Shown in pieces: positions 20,758 through 30,562 of a stretch of 64,000 nucleotides of DNA; the first letter of the stretch is position 1; every line of letters begins with the position of its first letter. The notes below the pieces were generated by a model, which worked only from the letters and a program-made list of their open reading frames with translations, did no database searches and was not told where the DNA came from. The DNA lies in assembly GCA_965249575.1 (NCBI GenBank), contig OZ252244.1, forward strand, positions 64,001 through 128,000, in the 5' to 3' direction. The translations under genes were made by a program, and so were the position numbers. This DNA is from Gemmatimonadales bacterium. GTDB lineage: Bacteria; Gemmatimonadota; Gemmatimonadetes; Gemmatimonadales; GWC2-71-9.

Positions 20758-21438
20758 ATGACCGCCCGCGACGTCTTTCTGACCGGCGCGACGGGCTATT
20801 TGGGCCGCCCGCTGGCAGCCGGCCTCCTGAGCCGCGGCCATGTGGTGCGCGCGCTCGTGCGGCGCCCGTCATCGGATACCTTGCTGCCTGGTGCTGAGTT
20901 GATCGTGGGCGATGCTCTGAGCGCTCCGACTTTTGCCCACGCTGTCCCGCCCGCCGACACGCTCGTCCACCTGGTCGGTGTCTCCCGCCCGAGCCCATTA
21001 AAGGCGCGTGCGTTTCGCGAGGTGGACCTGGTATCCGTTCGCGCCAGCATCGACGCCGCAACGGTGGCGGGCGTCGAGCACTTCGTGTACCTGAGTGTGG
21101 CTCACCCGGCGCCAGTCATGCGGGCGTTCGTTCGCGCCCGACAGGAAGGTGAGGCGTATCTCCGAGCCAGCGGCCTCGACGCCACGGTGCTGCGTCCGTG
21201 GTACGTCCTGGGACCCGGACATCGATGGGCGCACGCCTTTCAGCCGTTCTACGCGGTCTTCGAATTGTTTCCAAGAACCCGAGCCGCCGCGCAACGGCTG
21301 GGACTGGTCACCCGTGAGCAGATGGTCGCGGCGCTCATCAACGCGGTGGAGCACCCCGCGCGTGGATTTCGGGTCGTAGAGGTTCCGGAGATTCGCCGGC
21401 TCGCCAGCGAAACCGAGACAGCCCGCACTGGGCGATGA
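20758..21438 (+). CDS. NAD(P)H-binding protein (atypical SDR)
   Basis: TGATGYLG, LRPWYVLGPG. Confidence 0.85.
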   Translation: MTARDVFLTGATGYLGRPLAAGLLSRGHVVRALVRRPSSDTLLPGAELIVGDALSAPTFAHAVPPADTLVHLVGVSRPSPLKARAFREVDLVSVRASIDAATVAGVEHFVYLSVAHPAPVMRAFVRARQEGEAYLRASGLDATVLRPWYVLGPGHRWAHAFQPFYAVFELFPRTRAAAQRLGLVTREQMVAALINAVEHPARGFRVVEVPEIRRLASETETARTGR

Positions 21439-21454
21439 CCCCGCGCGCCGGCTG

Positions 21455-22124
21455 ATGGATCCCGCCTCCCTGGTCCCTTACGGACGGGCCATGCTCGCGT
21501 ATATCCAGGGGGATGCCGCCGCCCAGTTCCTCATCCGCCGTGACGATGGGCTCGAGGAATCGCTCCCGGTGGCTCACTTTTTCAGAACCCCGAAAGAGTT
21601 CTCATCCATCGAACAGGCCGCCCTCGACCGGTGCCGGGGACGAGTCCTCGACATCGGAGCGGGAAGCGGCCTCCACAGTCTCTGCCTCCAAGAGAGAGGC
21701 TTCACCGTGTCCGCCATCGACCTCAGCCCCCAAGCAGTAGATATCATGAACGAACGCGGCGTTCTCGACGTGCGGCAGGAAGATATCCTCCAGCTGCACA
21801 ACGAAACCTATAATTCGCTCCTGCTGCTCGGACATGGAATCGGGATGGCCGAGAACCTGTCAGGACTCGATCGTTTCCTGGAGCACGCACGAAGTCTGAC
21901 GGCGACCGATGGCCAGCTCTTCATCCATTCCTTGGATGTCTCCAAGACCGATGATCCCCGGCATCTGGACTATCAAGCTGCGGCGAGTCTGGTCCGTACT
22001 GCAAGTGGCTCACGTGGACGTTGACACCATCGAGCGCACAGCCCAGCGAGTCGGCTGGACCTGCGAGCCGATTCTCGAAGCAGAGAATGGTGATTATCTT
22101 GCGCGTCTCGTCGCCGCGCCTTAG
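21455..22124 (+). pseudogene. Class I SAM methyltransferase, disrupted near 21980-22012
   Basis: GRVLDIGAGSG; C-terminus (GPYCKWL / HVDVDTI..GDYLARL) lies in other frames. Confidence 0.75.
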
Positions 22125-22189
22125 CAACACGGTTTCACGGACGGGCGTCGGCACCGAAGGCAAGGTCCAGTCCCCTATTACTAGGAGAA

Positions 22190-22630
22190 GTGATGCACAC
22201 GACCCGACACGCGGCGGTCCTGGCGATCATCTTGATGGCGGTGGTAGGCTGCTACCACGCTACGATCGATACCGGGGCCACCCCGTCGCCCATCGTCATC
22301 AGGGAAGCGTTCGCTTCGAGCTGGGTGTTCGGCCTGGTTCCGCCAAAAACGGTCGAGACGGCACGCAGATGCCAGAGCGGCGTGGCGACCGTGGAAACGC
22401 GCTTGAGTTTCCTCAACCAGCTCGTAGGGTTTCTGACTCTGGGCATTTTCACGCCCATGGAGATCGTCGTCACGTGCGCCGCGCCGGGATCCGCATCCCA
22501 CTCGGGAACGAGCGGCACCCCGGTCATGCATGTCGACTCCCCCGACCCAGCGGCTTGGCAGGGAGCCATTGCGACCGCGATCGAACGATCCCTCCATGAG
22601 GGTCGCCCGATCTCCCTTCGGCTCGATTGA
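22190..22630 (+). CDS. Bor/Iss family lipoprotein
   Basis: Lipobox VVGC, WVFGLVPP, C..GVATVET..SFLN, GIFTP. Confidence 0.75.
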   Translation: MMHTTRHAAVLAIILMAVVGCYHATIDTGATPSPIVIREAFASSWVFGLVPPKTVETARRCQSGVATVETRLSFLNQLVGFLTLGIFTPMEIVVTCAAPGSASHSGTSGTPVMHVDSPDPAAWQGAIATAIERSLHEGRPISLRLD

Positions 22631-22891
22631 GCTGGCGCAAGCGCCCAACTCCGTGGAACGCGCCAGTGCATGTCGGGATCCTGCACGTTCCCGCTCAAAC
22701 GCTTCATGGACGAGCTGAACGAGGCCGGCATGATTCGCGTTGCCTTACTCCGTAGAGGCTCCGCAGGGAGAGCGATCAGATCGCGTGCCTGACGGCGGAC
22801 CGCTAGCGACGCATTCCAGCGAGGACTCTGCCCTTATCGCGACGGCCACGTCCGTTGGCGCAGGGCTCTGGCTCTCGAAGATCCCGCCGGC

Positions 22892-23911
22892 GTGAGCGAT
22901 CGGTCGCCTAAAGCGAGATGGTACACGAGGCCTCTCGTCGTGTGCTGCGGTGCGGTAGTCGCGGTTCTCATAGCGGTCGCTGCAGTGCTGGCGTCGGCCC
23001 TGTCGGTACCTGACACACTCGACCTCTCCCCCCATCACCCGTTCCGCTCGCCGGCGACTAACGAGCGCTACCTCTCCCTGTACGACGCCAAGGCGAGTGC
23101 GTGGCCGGTCTTCGCCGAAACCACCACCGTCGCAACTCCCCTCGGACCAACATTCGTCCGATTGAGCGAACCGCGGGAAGCCCCGCCCCTGGTACTGATT
23201 CACGGCGCGGGCGGGAATTCGTTACAGTGGGGCCCGAACATCCACGCCTTGGCGCGTGATCACCGCACCTTTGCGGTGGATGGGATTTTGGATTACGGCC
23301 GGAGCGTCTACACGCGGCGCATCGAGAATTCGCATGATCTCGTCGCTTGGCTCAACGCCACTATCAACGCCTTGGAAATCGAAGGTCAATTGCACCTCGT
23401 AGGTCTGTCTTACGGTGGGTGGCTGGCCAGCCAGTACGCCCTGCGGCATCCCGGCCGGTTGAGCAGACTCGTGCTCATCGCTCCAGCGGGTACGATCCAA
23501 CCCCTGTCGTTCGAATGGATCGTACGCGCCGTACTCTGCGCCTTGCCTCATCGATACTTCACCAGGAGCTTCCTTTACTGGTTACTCGAGGATCTCACGA
23601 ATCGCGGAGCCGCGAGTAAGGAAATGCTGGACCGGGAAATCGACATGGTGTACGCGGCCATCCGAAGCTTCAAACGTGTCCGCCTCGTCAACCCCGGTGT
23701 GCTGTCCGACACTCAGCTCCGAGAGCTGACGGTCCCGACGCTCTTCTTGGTTGGTGAGAACGAGAAGATCTACTCTGCCGAGGCGGCGGTCGCCCAACTG
23801 GCGTCCGTAGCGCCTCACATCCATACCGAAGTGCTGCCCAATGCCGGCCACGACCTGACAATCGTCCAATCCGAGTTAGTCGATGTCGCCATTCTCGACT
23901 TCTTGGAGTAG
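22892..23911 (+). CDS. Alpha/beta hydrolase
   Basis: LIHG, GLSYGG nucleophile elbow, AGH; N-terminal anchor. Confidence 0.88.
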   Translation: MSDRSPKARWYTRPLVVCCGAVVAVLIAVAAVLASALSVPDTLDLSPHHPFRSPATNERYLSLYDAKASAWPVFAETTTVATPLGPTFVRLSEPREAPPLVLIHGAGGNSLQWGPNIHALARDHRTFAVDGILDYGRSVYTRRIENSHDLVAWLNATINALEIEGQLHLVGLSYGGWLASQYALRHPGRLSRLVLIAPAGTIQPLSFEWIVRAVLCALPHRYFTRSFLYWLLEDLTNRGAASKEMLDREIDMVYAAIRSFKRVRLVNPGVLSDTQLRELTVPTLFLVGENEKIYSAEAAVAQLASVAPHIHTEVLPNAGHDLTIVQSELVDVAILDFLE

Positions 23912-24044
23912 TCCGAGCCGCGCGCGCAGTCGCGGGACCGCGGTCGATCGACGAGCATCCCTGCATGCAGTCAGAAGCTGGTCGGTGGCGACGACGCATC
24001 AAGCGAAGCTCGAGCGTGAATGAGCCAAGTCGGACCTCGCCATC

Positions 24045-24315
24045 GTGACCAGCGATATCGGCCAGTTTGTCGAGCAGGCCTTTGAGCCACTGACTGAGCG
24101 ATATCAGCTTCGGCTCGCAAACGTGGAGCACCTGGGTACCAATGCGTGGCACGCACGCCTCGAGACTGCAAGCGTCGGTATCGACATCTGGCACGACCCC
24201 CGCTGCGAGGTCCTCTTGTACATGAGTCGAACCGGTGGCTATCGCTCTTCCCTCGACGACCTCCTGCATTTCGTTAACGCACCCGCCGCCCAGCGTTACG
24301 CTGGCATCGATTCGA
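24045..24315 (+). pseudogene. Truncated hypothetical protein
   Basis: Protein-like for about 90 aa, then runs into unrelated sequence. Confidence 0.35.
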
Positions 24316-24441
24316 GCGACCGGGAGCGAGCCGAGCGGCGCTTGGCCGGAGCATCCGAACCTTGGCCGCATGAGCAGACGCACCTGGGGCGTGTTCACGT
24401 ATCGCCACTTCGACCACCACCTTCGGCAGTTTGCCGTGTGA
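24316..24441 (+). pseudogene. DUF1569/DinB-like protein, C-terminal remnant
   Basis: WPEHPNLGRMSRRTWGVFTYRHFDHHLRQF. Confidence 0.7.
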
Positions 24442-24474
24442 CCGGCGTTTGGTGCGCCGTGACACCACTATCGC

Positions 24475-24609
24475 ACCTAACAGGCGTTGGGAGCTGACGA
24501 GCGCGGCGGGAGGCGTCGATACGCGCGCCTTGATGGAACGAGTAGATCCAGCTGATAGGGCGCGCCTGACCGGGAAGTCGCCCGCAGCTGAAGCGCAGAA
24601 CCGTTAGGA
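24475..24609 (+). mobile_element. Integron attC site
   Basis: R'' ACCTAAC ... R' GTTAGGA; inner GAGCTGACG pairs with CGCAGCTG leaving one extrahelical base; 135 bp. Confidence 0.8.
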
Positions 24610-24615
24610 GCAGAC

Positions 24616-24891
24616 GTGCAATTCATCAAATCGCTGCGTGACCGTGTTCGGAGCGGTGAGATCACTTGCAGTGTCCTGATGTGGCAGCGCCCTCGAGTGA
24701 GGGTCGGCGGCCGCTACGCTCTCCCCCCAGGAGAGATTGTCGTCGAGTCGCTGCTCGAGATTTCCCTCGAGGACGTCACGCCCGCCTTGGCACAGCGGTC
24801 CGGTTTCAACGGCGTCGTCGATCTGCTCAAGACAGCCAAACACGGCCGGGGGCGACGAGTTTTCCTTGTTGAGTTTAGCTATGTCGAGTAG
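24616..24891 (+). CDS. ASCH/PUA-like small protein (gene cassette)
   Basis: VRSGEIT..W.RPRVRVGGRY, LAQRSGF, FLVEF; the AGGAG RBS lies in the attC R' flank. Confidence 0.7.
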   Translation: MQFIKSLRDRVRSGEITCSVLMWQRPRVRVGGRYALPPGEIVVESLLEISLEDVTPALAQRSGFNGVVDLLKTAKHGRGRRVFLVEFSYVE

Positions 24892-24938
24892 TCCCGTTTT
24901 CGGACGAGCCGCCCGTGGCTCATCGTCCAACATCTGAT

Positions 24939-25082
24939 GCCTAGCACGCGCGGGGAGCTGTCAAATACGGCCGTTTTGCAGGAAGGCGTTGGTATGAACG
25001 CTCGGCAACCTCATCGTTACAGTCAACGACAGCCTCGTCCGACGAGCGGGTTGTTTGCAGCTGAAGCACAGAACCGTTATGC
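24939..25082 (+). mobile_element. Integron attC site with mutated R''
   Basis: GCCTAGC ... GTTATGC; right arm GCAGCTGAAGCACAGAACCGTTA differs by 1 nt from attC1; GAGCTGTCAAA pairs with TTTGCAGCTG. Confidence 0.75.
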
Positions 25083-25215
25083 CTAATAGTCCGCCCGAAC
25101 GCTCGGAGGCCGTCCCTCATATCGAGGACTGACAGTTGGCAAGCCACGGCTCACAGTTCGGGCTCCTGAGCGGGCCTTTCGCCCCCACAGAACACCTCAG
25201 CACGAGGAGAGCGAA

Positions 25216-25506
25216 GTGAAACGATTCATGTTGCTGCATTTCGGATTCGAAAAGCCCACCCAGGAGATCATGGCCGCCTGGGGCAAATGGTTTGCATCGG
25301 TCGCAGACAAGACCGTGGAAAACGGGGGTTTCCACGGCGGTGCGCGAGAAATCTCGCATAGCGGAACCAAGGACCTACCCATGGGGATGGAATCCATCAC
25401 GGGCTACTCGATCATCAAAGCCGATAGCCTCGAGGAGGCCGAAAAGATCGCGCAGGACAATCCATTCATTGCGAGCATCCGGGTCTACGAAATCATGTCA
25501 CAGTAG
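25216..25506 (+). CDS. YciI family protein
   Basis: AWGKWF, ITGYSIIKADSLEEA, IRVYE; RBS. Confidence 0.8.
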   Translation: MKRFMLLHFGFEKPTQEIMAAWGKWFASVADKTVENGGFHGGAREISHSGTKDLPMGMESITGYSIIKADSLEEAEKIAQDNPFIASIRVYEIMSQ

Positions 25507-25715
25507 GTCCATCTCACAAATTCATGCTCCCGAACGCAGGACCTCCAGCAAGCTCTACCTGCGTTGCCGGTCCCAGCTCGCCGTCGGTGACATCGCCGGA
25601 AGATCCCGTGCTCCACCGCGGTCGTGGCCGGCGTGATGAGTACACGGCAAGCTATTCCGAGAGGAGTGGCCCCTTAGGCGCCAGCGGATAGATCGACACC
25701 GAATCAGGGAGTGGA

Positions 25716-26396
25716 ATGTCAGGCATTGGCTTGCTCAATGAAAAGCCGCTTCATGCGTCGTTGAAGGATTGGTATGCACGGCCGGGGGATCAATTCGAAG
25801 TAGCGGTGGATGGATTCGTGATAGATATCGTTCGAGATGATCTGCTGCTGGAAATCCAGACCGGCTCTTTCGCATCCATCAAGTCGAAGCTGGTGGACCT
25901 GATACGTGCACATCGGATACGATTGGTCTATCCAATACCCCAGGAGAAGTGGATCCTCAAACTGACGAAGGATAACAGCGGCGGAGCGACTCGCCGCAAA
26001 TCACCCAAGAGAGGACACGTCGAGGATCTCTTCTGGGAAATGGTGAGCTTCCCTCAGTTGGTCGCGAACCCCAACTTCTCGCTCGAAGTACTGTTGATAA
26101 AGGAAGAAGAGGTGCGACAGTATGAGGGGAAGCGGATGTGGCGCAGGAGAGGGTGGGTTATCCAGGAGCGACGGTTGCTGGGCGTGGTAGAGCGGTTGTT
26201 GTATGAGGAGCCGGCAGATTGGCGAGCGTTGCTTCCGAAGGATTTGGGGCCGTTTACCGCCGGAGATTTGGCGGAGGCAATCAATATCAGGAGACAGTTA
26301 GCGCAGAAGATGGTGTATTGTCTGCGAAAAGTCGCGGCAATCACGCTGATCGGCAAGCGGGGGCGGGCCAACCTGTACACAATGGCAGACGCCTAA
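25716..26396 (+). CDS. Hypothetical protein, possible PD-(D/E)xK nuclease fold
   Basis: LHASLKDWY, IDIV....LLEIQT, C-terminal HTH-like segment; visibly lower GC. Confidence 0.7.
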   Translation: MSGIGLLNEKPLHASLKDWYARPGDQFEVAVDGFVIDIVRDDLLLEIQTGSFASIKSKLVDLIRAHRIRLVYPIPQEKWILKLTKDNSGGATRRKSPKRGHVEDLFWEMVSFPQLVANPNFSLEVLLIKEEEVRQYEGKRMWRRRGWVIQERRLLGVVERLLYEEPADWRALLPKDLGPFTAGDLAEAINIRRQLAQKMVYCLRKVAAITLIGKRGRANLYTMADA

Positions 26397-26561
26397 AGAG
26401 TCCATTGACCAGCCGGCGCGTACGTTCTGGTCGGCGTCCAGCCAAATCACCTCGACGCCGTAGGCCAACCGCCTCACGGGCAAATGCACCAATGGGGACG
26501 CGTTCATTTGTGAGGAAGCCCATGCATTTGTGGCTCGGCGAGCGATCGTGCACGTTTAGGC
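26391..26561 (+). mobile_element. Degenerate attC-like element
   Basis: GCCTAAA overlapping the stop codon ... TTTAGGC inverted ends; inner pairing poor. Confidence 0.35.
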
Positions 26562-26608
26562 TATTTGATAACAGCGTTTCCCTCGGCTCGATCCATAGGA
26601 GGAAACGG

Positions 26609-26958
26609 ATGAACGATTCCCCGGAGGGCCTCGCTCGGACGTGGCTCCGCGCTTGGGACACCCGCGACCTCAGCCTGCTTCGCCTTGCTCCGGATTTCGT
26701 CCACACGAGTCCCTTTGGCCGGATCGAGGGTGCCGACGAGTACCTGCGCAACGTGGAGCCCATGTCGCGGAAGAGCGTGCGCAGGATCAAGGTGCGGGAC
26801 GTGATCGAGGGCGAAGGCCGGGCGGGGATCACGTACGAGCTGGAGACACCGGCAGGACTGTCGAAGCCTGCGACTGGGTCTTCGTGGAGAACGGCCGTAT
26901 TAAGGAAGTGAACTCCTATTATGACAGCGTGACGAATCGCGCGGCGCTCGATAGCTGA
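26609..26958 (+). pseudogene. SnoaL-like (NTF2) protein, frameshift near 26858
   Basis: LAPDFVHTSPFG ... then TVEACDWVFVENGRIKEVNSYYD in a shifted frame; AGGAGG RBS. Confidence 0.75.
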
Positions 26959-27098
26959 CCTCTATGAAGACGCTGCTGTCGAATGACATTGCCACATGCG
27001 AGACATTCTTGCGGTTATCATAGGCGCGGTCGTCGGCACGATTGCCTTGTTCATGGTTGGGATAATCGCCAACTCCGGCAACAGGAGATGGTTTTGTG

Positions 27099-27500
27099 AT
27101 GGCACTGCAGGTAACGGGTGTATGTCCGCTTCTCCAGGTCTTCGATATGCCCGAGTCGATCGCATTCTACCGCGAGGTACTTGGTTTCGAGATCATCGAC
27201 TCGGCTCCCGCCGGGGACGATTGGGACTGGTCCTGGCTACGCCTGGGCGATGCGGAGTTGATGCTCAATACTGCCTATGAGGAGCCTCATCGCCCCGCGA
27301 GTCGGACCCTCGCTCGCTTCACGGCGCATTCAGATACAATCTTGTTCTTCCAGTGTCCCGATGTCGATGCGGCGTACGCCGAACTACAAGGTCGAGGCCT
27401 CGACGTCGAACCACCAACGGTCGCCCACTACGGCATGAAACAGTTGAGCGTCAGGGATCCCGATGGATACCAGCTCTGCTTCCAATGGCCTGCTGCCTAA
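27099..27500 (+). CDS. VOC/glyoxalase family protein
   Basis: PLLQVFDM..SIAFYREVLGF, YGMKQL..RDPDGY. Confidence 0.88.
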   Translation: MALQVTGVCPLLQVFDMPESIAFYREVLGFEIIDSAPAGDDWDWSWLRLGDAELMLNTAYEEPHRPASRTLARFTAHSDTILFFQCPDVDAAYAELQGRGLDVEPPTVAHYGMKQLSVRDPDGYQLCFQWPAA

Positions 27501-27619
27501 CAGGTCTCGACGTGCCTCGCGCAAGCCGTTCCTATCGAATCCATTCGACACGAGAGGCTGGCCTCGATATGAGCCCTCTTACCCACGACACGCTCAGATC
27601 ATTTGCCGAGTCGTTAGCA
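27495..27619 (+). mobile_element. Degenerate attC-like element
   Basis: GCCTAAC containing the stop codon ... GTTAGCA; inner L boxes not recognisable. Confidence 0.45.
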
Positions 27620-27650
27620 GCCGCGTGCTCGACTCTTCCCACTACTCGAG

Positions 27651-28007
27651 GTGACAGTGGCTAATCCCGCATTGCACCGGTCCTTCATCGCGCTGCACCT
27701 GACCCTCGCACTCGTCATCATCTTCGAAAGCGCGCGCTCTCTCGTCCACGCCTTTGGTGCGCTCGCCAAGCACCACCACATGGCGCTGCTCGGTGGCACG
27801 GAGATCGTCGCTGCGCTCCTGTTCCTCTGGCCAGGAACCGTCCGGATTGGTGGCTCGGTCTTGGTCGCAATCTTTGTCCTTGCGGTACCGATGCACGCCC
27901 TGCGCGGCGAGTTCCCCGTGGCGCTGCTCGTGTACGCCCCGGCAGTGCTTTTCGTATCGGTGCACGGTAGCGCGTGGGGCGTCACGCGCTCCGAAGCGAC
28001 CGCCTAA
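27651..28007 (+). CDS. Hypothetical membrane protein (DoxX-like)
   Basis: About 4 TM, EIVAALLFLWP; stop codon lies in GCCTAAC. Confidence 0.65.
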   Translation: MTVANPALHRSFIALHLTLALVIIFESARSLVHAFGALAKHHHMALLGGTEIVAALLFLWPGTVRIGGSVLVAIFVLAVPMHALRGEFPVALLVYAPAVLFVSVHGSAWGVTRSEATA

Positions 28008-28173
28008 CTCCGCCACTTTGCCGCGAAAGGTAGCGTTGCTCATGGCGCCAACAATTGCCGGTCCGTACGCTATGGCCTGCGCGATGCTTGCGCTTCTGGG
28101 GTGTGGGGAGCCCGGCACTGGTCGGGACACGATGCAGGGTGAAGCCGAAGAGATCTCGAGGGGGGACGCGATC

Positions 28174-28527
28174 ATGAGCCAAGTAGAACAGGACCGTCGT
28201 GTGGACTACATCGAGTTCCAGGCCACAAGCATCGAGGAGACCAAAGAATTCTACGTAGAGGTGTTCGGGTGGGAGTTCACTGACTATGGCCCTGAGTACA
28301 CGAGCTTCACTGACGGTCGCTTATCCGGCGGCTTCAGTGCCGCGCAGACCGTGTCCGCGGGTGGCCCGTTAGTCGTGCTCTATTCCACAAACTTGGCGGA
28401 GATCCAATCCCGAGTCACTGAGAGTGGCGGACGGATCGTCCGAGAGACATTCGAGTTCCCGGGTGGAAGACGCTTTCACTTCACCGATCCCAGTGGCAAT
28501 GAGTTGGCGGTCTGGTCAGATCAATGA
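28174..28527 (+). CDS. VOC family protein
   Basis: DYIEF, FPGGRRFHFTDPSGNELAVWS; possible lipoprotein extension from 28042. Confidence 0.88.
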   Translation: MSQVEQDRRVDYIEFQATSIEETKEFYVEVFGWEFTDYGPEYTSFTDGRLSGGFSAAQTVSAGGPLVVLYSTNLAEIQSRVTESGGRIVRETFEFPGGRRFHFTDPSGNELAVWSDQ

Positions 28528-28687
28528 TCTCTGACTGACTGCCCCGTCTGGCCGAAACGCCAGCGGCGACGCAGGTCCGACCTATCCGTGGAGACCTCGC
28601 GGGTTTCAGCTTCTCCCTTTTCCAAGAGGTCGCCATGCAACCCAGAGTGGCATCGGCGTTCGGCAGCGCCATCGTCTAACCGTCGGA

Positions 28688-29215
28688 GTGACGCTAGCGC
28701 TAGGGTTGTCGCTTTCCACCGCGTGCCCGAAGGTCGGCGCTCGTGCGATCCGGCAACATCATACGCACGCCTGGGCCGTGGGCGGTGAAACGCAGCTGGA
28801 CGTCGAGGGGCTCGGCAACGGCGCGGAATTCGACCGGGCGCCAGGGCCCTACGTGCGAACGGGAACTGGGCCCGGCAGTTTCGTACTGGTTCCCAGCGTC
28901 GAAGTAGGCCGGGGGAGCAACCAGTTCGAGACCTACGTCACGTTGCGTGCGAGCGGCGAAGCCCGATACCACATTCCGGTCGACGACAAGGGCATGTTCG
29001 AGGTGTATCCTCTGGCCGGCGTCACCGTCTACCGCTGGAGGGACACAGATTGTCCAGCAGCCGGAACGTTTGCTTGCAACGAAACGAACCCCGGGTTGCT
29101 AGTGGGCGGCGGGATCGAGATCAACAACCGGGTCGGTTTCAACGCGTCCGTCAGCGCCGTAGGAAACGACATTCCCGATGCGTTTTTCGTATTGAGTGTG
29201 CTGTTCGGTCAATAA
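28688..29215 (+). CDS. Possible outer-membrane beta-barrel protein
   Basis: Alternating beta-strand pattern, VYPLAGV, GGGIE; N-terminus uncertain. Confidence 0.5.
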   Translation: MTLALGLSLSTACPKVGARAIRQHHTHAWAVGGETQLDVEGLGNGAEFDRAPGPYVRTGTGPGSFVLVPSVEVGRGSNQFETYVTLRASGEARYHIPVDDKGMFEVYPLAGVTVYRWRDTDCPAAGTFACNETNPGLLVGGGIEINNRVGFNASVSAVGNDIPDAFFVLSVLFGQ

Positions 29216-29541
29216 GGCAAGGCGACAGCGGCCGGTGAATCCCTGCCACGGCTGGAGGCATGTAGCCGCGCAGTAGTCGCCCCCGGGGCCGCGCACGAGG
29301 GACCGGAAAGAACACGGAATAGCCAACAAAGCGGTCGACCCCTAGCGATCACCCCGACCGAGGCGACCTCGCTCGCCTTGGTTGGGTCGCCGTGCGAAGT
29401 CGGAGCCAGAGCCAGCCACTCGCGACACCGATGAAGGGCGAGCTCACCAAGCCTATCCACCCGCGGCGAGGGTGGCTTCGGGGGTTCCTCGCCCACCGTC
29501 TTCCGTTAGCTTACTAGATCTTACCATTCACGAGGTGGCCC

Positions 29542-30480
29542 ATGAAAACGCCCTTGTTCGTCTCCATGTTCGCACTCGCAGGTGCCTTTGTTGCCCCACG
29601 AGCCGCCGTCGGGCAGGATCAGTTCATCATTGATGTCACGCACTGCACACTCGGCACGCAGGAAATTTTCAATGCCGTCGGCGAGGGGAACGATCCGGCG
29701 AGCATCGTGAACCTCAACAGAGAGCAGGCGTGCGCCGCCGGTGACCGCGAGCAATACGTCGCAAAGGTGAGGGGCCAAAAAGTTCTCATGGCGATGGAAG
29801 AGGGCAAGATGAGCGTGGACTACGGGAACTCGGACGATCCCAGGTTCACCATGTACGACCCCGTTAAAAACATCCACGCCACCTGGACCGGTAAGGAACT
29901 CGAGGCGCTGATGAACCAAATGATGGGTGGCGCACAAGCGGCCGCTGGTCAGAGAGGGGCGATGGCCGACGCGATACTGCGGGCGAGAGCCGCCATGGGT
30001 GGAGGGGGCGAGCAGGAGGTCGAGGGACTCTACGATGTCAATTCCCTGATCGATTGTGACGAAGAGGCGTTTGGTGCGCACCAGGGCGAGGTGGGCTTCG
30101 ATCGCGGCAACCCGAACCCGATGCAGAAGAATTGGAAGCTCATAGCGTGCGTGAGCAACAAGCACCCCAATGCATTGAGGACGTTCAGGGCCATGCAGGA
30201 GGCGACGAACCAGTTCGAAAGCATGGGCGGGGAAAAGGAGCCGATCGACCAGAAGGAAGATGAGCTCGCGGAAAAGGGTCTGCCGATCGACATCAGGAGG
30301 CTCACACAGAGCGGTGGATTCACGGCCGGACTCAACTACGACTTGAACTTCTTCCGGCTGGAAGAGGCATCGGTGTCGGCAAGCGACGTCAACGCGGCGC
30401 AGGGCACAGAGGTCCCACTACAGGAGTACCTGGCCTCCAAGATGAGCCACCCGGACATGATGGGCCGACCGGGTAGATAG
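29542..30480 (+). CDS. Hypothetical secreted protein
   Basis: GAGG RBS, signal peptide, strong GC3 bias, 312 aa. Confidence 0.75.
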   Translation: MKTPLFVSMFALAGAFVAPRAAVGQDQFIIDVTHCTLGTQEIFNAVGEGNDPASIVNLNREQACAAGDREQYVAKVRGQKVLMAMEEGKMSVDYGNSDDPRFTMYDPVKNIHATWTGKELEALMNQMMGGAQAAAGQRGAMADAILRARAAMGGGGEQEVEGLYDVNSLIDCDEEAFGAHQGEVGFDRGNPNPMQKNWKLIACVSNKHPNALRTFRAMQEATNQFESMGGEKEPIDQKEDELAEKGLPIDIRRLTQSGGFTAGLNYDLNFFRLEEASVSASDVNAAQGTEVPLQEYLASKMSHPDMMGRPGR

Positions 30481-30562
30481 CGCAGCAGCGCCGGGCATGA
30501 ACGATGCACCGGCGCGCTCGACCGGAGCCATCGCACCAGCACTCGACGCACTCGGCCATGGG

